64,000 nt of DNA, from NCBI GenBank assembly GCA_965242695.1, contig CBDESU010000001.1, positions 1,376,001-1,440,000 of the forward strand. Reading direction: 5' to 3'. The position numbers and the translations under genes were made by a program. This document shows positions 1 through 9,900 of this stretch, one piece after another. Below the pieces are notes generated by a model. The model was not told the origin of the DNA, searched no databases, and worked only from the letters and a program-made list of their open reading frames with translations. The stretch's first letter is position 1; each line of letters begins with the position of its first letter. This DNA comes from Cenarchaeum sp. Lineage in GTDB: Archaea; Thermoproteota; Nitrososphaeria; Nitrososphaerales; Nitrosopumilaceae.

Positions 1-234
1 CTGCGGGCAGATGCCCCGCACTGGGCCGATCGCGCCTTGCGCCCCGTCTCAGGCGTCAGCGTAGGCCAAGCCCACGCGGCATGCGGTACACATTCAGGTC
101 TCTGGCACACGACGCGCGCGTCGGGGGCAGCTAGGGCGCGGTTGACGCTAGAGACCTGAATGTGCACGGCATGCGCCCTTTTGCGTCCGGCATGGTTAAT
201 AGCGCCTAGCGCCGCGTCCCTGTGGCGATACTGC

Positions 235-1365
235 GTGGTCACGGGCGACGGCGGACGATACTGGCTGTACGAGCACGAGCACGAGCGCCTTGACGACTTT
301 ATGAAGCACCTTGACGGGGTGCTAGCCGGCGACTCCAAGCGCACCGCCAGCGTCGCAGTCCTGGTGTCAAAGGAGGGGGTCAAGGAGGGCATTGAACATG
401 CCAGCTCCCCCCGGTTCGACGTCGGCGTGCGCGCCGGGAGGCCCGGCAGCGGCATGTTCACCGTCCGCCTTGCGCGAAAGGACGAGGAGGCGGGGCGTAT
501 CCTCGTCGCCAAGGCGCCGGGGTCGTTCGTGCACCTCGCCATTACGGACGAGCCGCGCCAGTTTGTGGAAGGCACCCTCGCCCCGTTCATCAGGTCGCTC
601 TACCCGCGCGTCTCCAGGGCGTTTCTGAGCGCAGCCGACCTGTACAGCATCCTAGAGCGCCTCGAGCGGTCGGCCGGCGGCCAGATATCGGTGGCCCGCC
701 TGACTGCGTACGGGAGGCTCAGGGCGGCGGGGAGAGGTGATCACGGCAGTGCAGGGACATCCAGGCGCGCGCGCCCAAGGAGGCGCAGGACGACCGAGGC
801 GGCCGTGACATACACCGACAAGCCGTTCAGGGAGGCGTTCAGCGCGGCAGCGGCAAACGATCAGTGGATAAGCAGGATAAACTTTGACCTGCAGTGGAGC
901 TCAACCCGCGCCCCCATGAGCGGCCACCTTGCCAGGGACGGCCTCTTCAAGTTCAGGCACGGCATATCCCCCTTTTACGGCAAGGTGCTCCCGCTGGCGG
1001 CCCGCCTTGTGGACAAGAAGACAAAGCTGTACTCGAACCGATCCAGGGAGGACAACAGAGGCGGCATCAGGCCTCTCGCCATAACGCTCGACAACACCAT
1101 GGCAAGGGATCACAGCGAAAACTCGGCGTTCATCAAGAGCATGGAAAGCATGCCCCACATAACCCTGAGCGTCTACCACTCCAACCCGTACGTGCACGTC
1201 TCGCTCGTCGACTACATGGACGGCTCGTCCTTTGACATCTGGATCCTGTCGACCCGCCAGATCCTCATCGTGCCGCAGATGCGGGCCACCCATACGTCGA
1301 TAGCGCGCCTGGCAAACCACATATTCGAGCGGTTCGGGGAGGGGAGCGTGGCCGATCATGAGTGA
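235..1365 (+). CDS. Conserved hypothetical protein (~376 aa)
   Basis: Long ORF with protein-like composition; probable GTG start at 235 downstream of a TTAATA box (~196); its stop overlaps the next ATG. No family recognised. Confidence 0.75.
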   Translation: MVTGDGGRYWLYEHEHERLDDFMKHLDGVLAGDSKRTASVAVLVSKEGVKEGIEHASSPRFDVGVRAGRPGSGMFTVRLARKDEEAGRILVAKAPGSFVHLAITDEPRQFVEGTLAPFIRSLYPRVSRAFLSAADLYSILERLERSAGGQISVARLTAYGRLRAAGRGDHGSAGTSRRARPRRRRTTEAAVTYTDKPFREAFSAAAANDQWISRINFDLQWSSTRAPMSGHLARDGLFKFRHGISPFYGKVLPLAARLVDKKTKLYSNRSREDNRGGIRPLAITLDNTMARDHSENSAFIKSMESMPHITLSVYHSNPYVHVSLVDYMDGSSFDIWILSTRQILIVPQMRATHTSIARLANHIFERFGEGSVADHE

Positions 1366-1546
1366 GGACTGCGACTCCGCGAGGGTCGATCGCATGCTCC
1401 GCGAATGCGACCCATGCAAGCAGGCGACGGGCGCGCTAGCCGTACTTGCCCACGCTCTCGAAGGGCGGCACGCCGCGACGGCCTGCATTGGCAGGAGGGT
1501 CCGCCCGCATGCGGGCGGCGGAGGCGCGGGCAACCGTGCGCGCTAG
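1358..1546 (+). pseudogene. Possible truncated downstream partner of 235..1365
   Basis: ATG overlaps the upstream stop; the ORF runs into the degenerate CFI-box copy on the other strand. Confidence 0.3.
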
Positions 1547-2190
1547 CCAGATACTCGCTCTTCTGCCCGCATGCGCGCGGCCCTGTTCGGCCGCCGATCC
1601 GTCGACACGGCCCGCGCTGCAGCCCGCGCCCCCGCCGCAGGGGCCGCGGCGTACATCCCGGCAGCCAGCAGCGCAGCGGCAGCGCCGTGCGCTGCAACGA
1701 ACCCCCCCCCCCCAGAGTCGGGGTAGGCCATCGCGGCCACCTGCGCGCGTGCAGCGGCGGCGCGAGCACGGCCGCGGCCGCATCCCGCGCGGCCGGATGC
1801 TAGCGCTCCAGGTCCGCCGCATGCGGCGAGAACGCACAGTGCGCGGCCGAGAATGTAGACATGGGCGCCTGGCCGTGCCCCGTCGCCATGAGCGTCGCAT
1901 CCCTGTACTCGCGCAGTGCCTGCACCTGCGGGGCAAGCTCGGTCCCGTACGCGGCCGTCGCGGCTAGGCATCCGCCTCCGCCCTCGGGATCGGCCACACT
2001 GACCTGCCGAACCGAGACCAGTACCGGTTGCGACCAGGCATCCGCTTCCGCCCTCGGGATCGTCCGGCTCCGGCACGGCAACCTCATCGCGCTGCCCCGC
2101 CTCTGGGGCCATGTCTCTGTCCGGCACGCACCCGCCGCCGCTCGGCGCCATGCCGTCCCTGCACGCGATCTTGACGGCCGCCGTGGCCAA
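1543..2190 (-). pseudogene. Orphan degenerate copy of the CFI-box-CTERM tail of the giant protein
   Basis: Reads GGGGCLAATAAYGTELAPQVQALREYRDATLMATGHG, matching 3956-4510; in-frame TAG at 1800-1802, frameshifts and a 70-bp insertion. Confidence 0.85.
1957..2062. repeat. 36-bp direct duplication (1957-1992, 2027-2062) flanking a 34-bp unique insert
   Basis: gtcgcggctaggcatccgcctccgccctcgggatcg / gttgcgaccaggcatccgcttccgccctcgggatcg; the paralogous site at ~4362-4394 has one copy and no insert. Confidence 0.85.
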
Positions 2191-2515
2191 TCCCCTAGAT
2201 CAGCCACATCTAACAACGTTCGGAGCGGCGTGGTCACGCAGACCACAGCACGAGTCACTGTGACAAGGTTCAGGTTCAAGATGTCTATGGCCAGCAACAA
2301 CTTTGACATATGTGATAGGGGGCACACCTGGTGCCCAACGGCCGTGCCCGTTGCGCATAATGGGGGGGATGACAGTCAAGCCCGCAAGACACATGGATGG
2401 GCATATTAGGCTCGCGCGGTGGATGATTCGCGGCATGGGCGTCTAACACTACAGGTCTAAATGCCTGCCGGCTTGGTCGCATATGGTTATTATGCACCTA
2501 TGGCGCGGCGCCCGT

Positions 2516-2731
2516 GTGGATCCGTTCAAGGACTGTGAAAGGTTCTATACCCCCCACTTCAGGGAGCGGTTGAACCAAAGGCATGTGCCATCAGGATTTG
2601 TCGAAGAGGTACTCCAGCATGGCACCCGAGCTAGGAAGGGTGATGACTATAAAATCACCTACCGTGGATACCACATAGTTCTCGTAAAGCAGACATGTAG
2701 GCTAGTCCTAGTCACCATATTTAGAGACTAG
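2516..2731 (+). CDS. DUF4258-like small putative RNase toxin (71 aa)
   Basis: YTPHFRERLNQRHV...VEEVLQHG...LVLVTIF fits the DUF4258 pattern; TTATTAT box ~23 nt before GTG. Confidence 0.65.
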   Translation: MDPFKDCERFYTPHFRERLNQRHVPSGFVEEVLQHGTRARKGDDYKITYRGYHIVLVKQTCRLVLVTIFRD

Positions 2732-2770
2732 TCCGAGGCGCCAAGAACCTACACGCAAACGCACCGCACC

Positions 2771-3289
2771 TCACGTCATGCCAGACTCGGGGACAATGTT
2801 GTCGGTGACTGCAATGCTGACGGAATGGTTGGCCGATATGCATGGATCCCCTATGGATGTTATAATATCTGGATAGTAGTAAACGTCTGTAAGTATAGCC
2901 CTTATTCGGAGCAGTTCTTTGGGCCTGTCTTGGACAACATACTCGCACCAAGGCTCGTCCGCATGTTCTTTTACACTGTATGGCAAAATGCTGACCTTTC
3001 TATGCGATGACAGCTCACCGGCAATTGTCGTGGGTGTTTTTTTCTTGCCACGATTCACAAACATGACAGTGGTATTAGTACTAACAATGTATTTGTTGTT
3101 ATCCTCAATCACAAAGCCCTGCGGCACTTTGCTTTTGTCCATGCGCAGAACATCAACCGGTATTGTTGCCAACCGCAGAACGCCCTTCACATCGGGGTGA
3201 TCGATGTGGTACCGGTTGTACTCAAAGGTCTTCGTGCGGTACAACAGCGCCTCGAGTTCCCAGAGGTTAACTGGTGCAGAAGAAGACAT
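2771..3289 (-). CDS. Hypothetical protein, lower GC (172 aa)
   Basis: Clean ORF 3 nt downstream of the zinc-finger gene; AT-richer codon use. Confidence 0.75.
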   Translation of the reverse strand: MSSSAPVNLWELEALLYRTKTFEYNRYHIDHPDVKGVLRLATIPVDVLRMDKSKVPQGFVIEDNNKYIVSTNTTVMFVNRGKKKTPTTIAGELSSHRKVSILPYSVKEHADEPWCEYVVQDRPKELLRIRAILTDVYYYPDIITSIGDPCISANHSVSIAVTDNIVPESGMT

Positions 3290-3292
3290 GGC

Positions 3293-3685
3293 CTAAGCAA
3301 ACCTCATCGGGGCAGTCTTCCTCTGCCGGGATGTTGTGACGACGGGTATTTGCAAGATGGCATCCCTTGTAGAGGGGGCGGCTTCAGACTCCAGCCGGAC
3401 ACGTGTGTTGGTTGTGGTACTGGGAATGCTCGTCACACGCGTCTCAACGACATCAACGAATCCCTCCGCATGAAACACCGTGCCAAACGCCTCGATCGCC
3501 GCTCCCGACTCGTCATACCCCTTCTCCGTCAAGAGGCCATACCCGCACATCCTGCAGACAATGCCGTCAAATGCGCCCAGCTTGTGGCCCTTGTGGTAGA
3601 ACGGCAACAGGCCCGGCTCGAGTGGGCACCTACATTCAGGACAGCCCGGTTTGCCTCCCTCCAGCTCTATGGGAACCTTGTCCAC
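3293..3685 (-). CDS. YgiT/MqsA-type zinc-finger protein (130 aa)
   Basis: CPEC...CRMCG with YgiT-like spacing; TTATATTA at 3706-3713 favours the GTG start at 3685. Confidence 0.6.
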   Translation of the reverse strand: MDKVPIELEGGKPGCPECRCPLEPGLLPFYHKGHKLGAFDGIVCRMCGYGLLTEKGYDESGAAIEAFGTVFHAEGFVDVVETRVTSIPSTTTNTRVRLESEAAPSTRDAILQIPVVTTSRQRKTAPMRFA

Positions 3686-3735
3686 GGGCGGCGTGCCAAA
3701 CCGTGTAATATAACACTTTGTCCTTCCCATTCAAC

Positions 3736-3842
3736 CCGTCGGCGAGGCTCCTGCGCCCGCGAGGGCGCAGGCCGGGGGCGGACGGTGCGAAGGCTGCATA
3801 GACCAGCCGTAGGCAAGGCTCCTGCGCCCGCGAGGGCGCAGG
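3736..3842. repeat. 36-bp direct repeat pair (3736-3771, 3807-3842) with 35-bp spacer; each repeat holds a 9-bp GNRA hairpin
   Basis: ccgt(c/a)ggc(g/a)aggctcctgcgccc-gcga-gggcgcagg twice; spacer ccgggggcggacggtgcgaaggctgcatagaccag. Confidence 0.85.
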
Positions 3843-3955
3843 GCTATCGCACTGGCGGACCAGGTTCTTACCGCCCAGAATGTGGCAGGGATGCGCCCAG
3901 CGGTGGCCCACAGTGCAACATTCGGCCGCATGCCCAGCGGCGGGCATACAAGGGA

Positions 3956-6900
3956 TCACGCGGGCCGGCCTACCCACCGGCCCGCACGCGCCGCCTGCCC
4001 GCTGCGGCCCCTCGACACCGCCCGCACTGCAACCCACGCCCCCGCTGCCGGCGCCCCGATGTACATCCCGGCCGCCAGCAGCACGGCCGCAGCGCCGTGC
4101 GCCGCAACGGACGCCTCAGAGTCGGGGTCGGCCATCGCCGCCACCTGCAGTGCATGCAGCAGCGGCGCAAGCAGGGCCGCGGTCGCCTCCCTTACCGCGG
4201 GATGCTCGCGCTCTAGGTCGGCCACGTGCGGCGAGAACGCATAGTATACGGCCGAGAACGCCGACATTGCGGCCTTGCCGTGCCCCGTCGCCATGAGCGT
4301 CGCATCCCTGTACTCGCGCAGCGCCTGCACCTGCGGGGCAAGCTCGGTCCCGTACGCGGCAGTCGCGACCAGGCAGCCTCCGCCCTCTGGGTCGTCCGGC
4401 TCTGGCGCGGCATCCGCATCGCGCGGCTCCGCGCCGGGCGCCGCGTCTGCATCCGGCACGCACCTGCCGCCGCTCAGCACCATGCCGTCCCTGCATACGA
4501 TCTCGGCTGGCTCCCCCGCGGATCCCGCTGCCGCCGCCTCTAGGTGCGCCTCTACGCAGCCGGCGGCCGCCCCCACGGCCTCGCACACGTCCGCGTACTG
4601 GGGGTACGCCGCCCCGAACCACTCGCGGTACTCGGCCTGCTCTGCGTACCGCTTGACATAGTACGCCGCGCCCCTGCCCTCTTCCATCTCGAACGCCGGG
4701 CGGCCGCCAACGTCGCCCGCCCCGGGCTCGGCCTCGGCTGCCGGCTGCCGCGGCTCTGCGGCGGCGCCGCCGTCTCCGGCGTCCGCCCCGGGCTCCGCAT
4801 CCGGCTCTGGCTCGGCCACGGCCGCCCCCGGCGCGGCGGACGGTGCGGCGCCCGTCCCGGCGCCAGCATCGCCGATGCCCGCGGCCGCATCAGGCGCGGC
4901 CGCGCCCGCGCCCATGCCGCCGCCATCCTCCTGCCCAAAGGCGGCCTCGCCCGCGCAGGCGCCGCCCGTGCGCACGACCTCGGACGCCGTAGAGACGGCC
5001 CTGCCGTCGGCCGAGACGGCCCTGATCGACAGTATCAGGTCCTCGGGCAATGCGGCCTCGTATACGGCCATGCCGGATGCGCCGCGCTCCAGGACCAGCT
5101 CGGCCTCTTCCGACCCGCCCGACGAGAGGACCGTAACCGTCGGGTCCGGCGCCGCGCCGCCGACGACTATCCGCACCGTCCCCTCGGTGCAGTCCCAGGT
5201 GGCCGAGTGCAGCACTACGGCCGACGGGCCGGCCGGCAGGGGCGATCCGCCGCCTCCGCCGCCTCCGCCTCCGCCGCCCCTGCCGCCGCCTCCGCCCCCG
5301 CCGCCAAAGAACGGCACGCCGCCCGGCGGCTGCTGCCCGCCCGGCGGCTGCTGCCCGCCCGGCGGGACGACCACCACGACGGGCGGCTGCGGCGGGGGCG
5401 GCGGCGCGCTCGCGTCCCGCACCGTCCCGAACAGAGTCAGGTGGTACGTGTGGATGACCTTGTCCCTGTTGTCGGCAGAGTCGATCTGGCACTCGCCCGA
5501 CCCGCCAAGCTGCGCGTGCACCGCACCCGTGTCGTCCGCATCGCATCGTGCGCCGATCGGCGTCACCGTCGCGTTCCCGCCCGTCGTATTCACGTAGAAC
5601 GCGTGGCCGCCGGCCTGGCCCGACAGCAGTATGCGGACTGGCAGGTCGAATACGATGTGGGTGCCCGGGTCGCCGACCTCGACGACCCTGCCGACCGATA
5701 TGCGTGTAGTGTCGTTGTGGCCGAACGCGCCGGCGAACGCGTTTGCCACCCCCGTCGCGTTGACCGGCTCGGGCGCGACGTACAGCTCTAGCACGCCGTC
5801 GGCAGGCAGCGCCGTTGCCGTCACGTTCGGCGGGAACGAGACCTCGGCGAACGAGGCGACGACGGCGACGGGCGCGCCGGCCGGGAACATTGCCGTTCCT
5901 CCTTCTCCCGGCGGGGCGCCCGCCGGCGGCGCCAGGCCCGTCACGTTGATCGCCGGGCGCGCCGACTCGCCCGAAGAGGTCGCGTCCACTATCCTCTCGA
6001 ACCTGTCGGGGTCGATCTCTACGACCCTTACGGGCTCGGACGGCGGGACGACGACCCTGTCTAGGCCCTCGGCGGCCGCATCCACGGGTATCGTGTCGTT
6101 GTCGAACACGGCAAGCGTGTTGTTTGCGCCGATGACGGACGCCTCTAGCGCGGCGAGCAGGTTGATCGACCCGCCCTGGCCGGGGCCGACCGGGGCGCCG
6201 GCGAACCGCACCGTGTGCTCGGCAGTCCCGATGCCCGACTCCGAGATCGCATCCCGGACAGACTGCACCGACCCGTTCGGATACTCTACGACTATTCCTC
6301 CGTACACCGGCCCCGAGTGCCCGCGCGGCGCGCCGAGGGCGGCCGAGTATTCCACGGTCACCTCGTTTGGCGAGGTAAACGAGGCGCTCGCCGACGCCTG
6401 TACGCGCGTCGGCGGCGCCTGCCCGTCGTCAAGCTGCTGCGCTATCCGCCCGCCCGGCATGGCGTTGCCGGCCCTGTCGAGGACCAGGGCGCCGTCGATC
6501 GCGACCGTGCCGGTCGTGCCCGGCAGGGCCGGCGCGCCGGCGAACTCGATGGCGTGATCCTCCGCGGCGCCAGCGGTAAAGTCGGTTATGGCGCGGGCTC
6601 CGCCCGGCTCCAGCACGAGATCGGCGTACGCGGGCGGGTCGGCCCCCGCACTCACGGGCTCTGTATACCGCACGGTGGCGCTGTTCGGCCCCGTGACCGC
6701 CGCCGAGATAATTCCGGGGGCGATGCCGTCGGCGACGGCGACCTGCGTGTCGGGCCGCGGCTCGTTGCCGCCCGCGTCCAGGACGAGCAGGCCGCCGTCG
6801 TACGACAGCACGACGCCGTCGGGTCTCGTGTCGGGTAGGCTCCCGTCCAGCGCGAGGACGAGGACGGCCGATCCCCCCGATATGTCAGACCGCGACTCCA

Positions 6901-9900
6901 CGGACAGGCCCGCCGCATCCCCGCCCGACACGGACCAGCCGCCGGCGCCGTCCGTGCCGGCCGCGCTGACCGGCTCGTCAAACTCTACGCGTATCGTATC
7001 CAGCGATACGGCCGCGGCGGCCGATATGGACGGGTTCTGGCCGTCCGCCAGGGTCTCCGTCCGCTGCCCGGTGCCAAGGTGCCCGCCGAGGTCGTTCAGG
7101 ACGGCAGTCTCGTCGATCCGCACCGAGCCTGTCGCGTTCGGCGGCGCGCCTGCCGGGTCAAAGTTGAGGAGGTGCCTGGCCATGCCGCTCCCCTCGAGCG
7201 TCCCGATGGTCCTGTTCGCGCCGTCGACGACGAGCATCGAGTATGCAGACTGCGGCGCCGTGACGGGCCGGTCGTACTTTATGGTCGCCGTGCCCGGGCC
7301 GGTGACTCTGGCCCACTCGATCGACGGATTCCTTTCGTCCACAAGTTCCTCCATACGGTTGGCGTTGGTGCCGAGGCTGTTGGCCGGCGGCGCGGCCAAG
7401 TCCAGCACGGCCGTCGCATCTATCGTGATCGTGCCGTTGGCGTCGGGCGGGGCGGGATCTCCGCCGAACGTCACAACGTGGGTCGGCGTCGAGCTGCCGT
7501 CTAGCGAGGTGAATGTACGGGTGCCGCCCGGCGAGAAGGCCAGCCCCTTGTATGCGCCCACCTCGGCGGCGACCGGCTCGTCGTACATGACGGTCACGCT
7601 GTTGCCGCCCGCTATGATGGCCCTCACGATATCCGGTCGCTGGCCGTCGTCCAACCGCTGCGTGTACGAGGCCTCGGTACCGAGCGCATTGCCGGAGCCA
7701 TCGACCAGTACGGTCTGGTCGATGTCTATGGTTCCGGTGGCGTTTGTCGCCGACACGGCGCTGAATGTCATCTCGTGCGTTGCAGATGGGGCGCCCGTGG
7801 GGCCTGTTGGCGTGCGGGCCCCGCCCGGCGAGAGGACCAGGTTCGAGTACGCGGATGCGACGCGGACTACCGGCTCGCTGTACGTGATGGTGATGGTGCC
7901 GCTTCCCGTGATGCGCGCAGACGCCACATTCGGCCGCTGGTTGTCTTCCAGATCCTGCGGGTAGGAGGGGTTGTTTCCGAGGGGGTTGCCGAACGCGTCG
8001 AGCAGCGCTGTCTGGTCGACGGTTAGGGTGCCCGTCGCGCTGGTGGCTGCGGGCTCGCCGTCGAACGTGATCACGTGCGCCGCGTCGGCCGCGCCCGTGG
8101 GGCCCGTGACTGTGCGGGCCCCGCCCGGTGTAAGGACTAGGTTCGTGTACGCGGATGCGACGCGGACTACCGGCTCGCTGTATATTATGGTGATGGTGTT
8201 TCCGGCCGTGATGTTTGCAGAGAGGACGGTTGGCGCCCTGGCGTTGGACAGCGGCTGCGGGAAGGCGGTGGAGGTGCCGAGGGCGTTACCGGCCGCGTCG
8301 GCCAATATTGTCTGGTCGACTTGTATGGTGCCCGTCGCGCTGGTGGCTGCGGGCTCGCCGTCGAACGTGATCACGTGCGTCGTATCGGCCGCGCCCGTGG
8401 GGCCCGTGGCCGCGCGGGGCCCGCCCGGCGTGAGCACGAGGTTCGAGTACGCGCCCGCCACCCTAGTGACCGGTTCGCTGTACGTGATCGTCAGCTCCCT
8501 GCCCGCCGTGATGCGCGCCGAGTCGACATCCGGCCTCTGGCCGTCGTCCAGGGCCTGCGAAAAGGTCGCAGAGGTGCCGAGGGTGTTGCCGGCCGCGTCG
8601 GCCATGGCGGTCTGATCGACGGTTATGGTGCCCGTCGCGCTGGTGGCCGCGTCTGCTGTGGTGAATGTGATCACGTGCGTCGTATCGGCCGCGCCCGAGG
8701 GGCCCGTGGCCGCGCGGGGCCCGCCCGGCGTTAGGGCCAAGTTTGTGTACGCGGAGGCGACTCGGGTGACCGGCTCGGTGTACTCTATGGTGACGTTGCC
8801 GCTTCCCGTGACCTTGGCGGAATTGACGGCCGGCCTCTGGCCGTCGTCCAGGGCCTGCGAAAAGGTCGCAGAGGTGCCGAGGGTGTTGCCGGCCGCGTCG
8901 GCCATGGCGGTCTGATCGACGGTTATGGTGCCCGTCGCGCTAGTGGCCGCGTCTGCTGTGGTGAATGTGATCACGTGCGTCGTATCGGCCGCGCCCGTGG
9001 GGCCCGTGGCCGCGCGGGGCCCGCCTGGCGTTAGGGCCAAGTTTGTGTACGCGGAGGCGACTTGGGTGACCGGCTCGGTGTACTCTATGGTGACGTTGCC
9101 GCTTCCCGTGACCTTGGCGGAATTGACGGCCGGCCTCTGGCCGTCGTCCAGGGCCTGCGAAAAGGTCGCAGAGGTGCCGAGGGTGTTGCCGGCCGCGTCG
9201 GCCATGGCGGTCTGATCGACGGTTATGGTGCCCGTCGCGCTGGTGGCCGCGTCTGCTGTGGTGAATGTGATCACGTGCGTCGTATCGGCCGCGCCCGTGG
9301 GGCCCGTGGCCGCGCGGGGCCCGCCTGGCGTTAGGGCCAAGTTTGTGTACGCGGAGGCGACTTGGGTGACCGGCTCGGTGTACTCTATGGTGACGTTGCC
9401 GCTTCCCGTGACCTTGGCCGACTTTACCGCCGGCTTGATCTCGTCGGCGACCCCTACCATTCCGCTAGTGTCCAGCCTGTTGCCGGCCTCGTCCACGAAC
9501 CGGATCGTTGTGGGGGTGCCCCAGGTGTAGGACACCGAGACCCCGGTCGGATCGGTGTCGCTCAGGTTCCCGCTCAGCGTAAGGTCCAGGACGGTTGATC
9601 TCGACGATATGTCCGCCCTAAACGACACAGACAGGCCGCCCGCGTCGTCGCCCTGTACGAACCAGCCGCCGTCGCCGGAGGTGCCCGACGCGTTGACCGG
9701 CTCGTCGAACGTGATGCGTATTGTGTTTAGCGATATGGCCGTGGCGGCGGAGACTGAGGGGGCCTGGCCGTCGGTCAGCGGCCGGCCCAGCGGGGCAGTT
9801 CCCAGCGGGCTGTTGTTCTCGTCCAAGATGTTTTGCGCCGCGATCCTGATCGAGCCCGTCGCGCCAGAGGTCGCATTGGCATCCGTAAAGTGGATCACGT

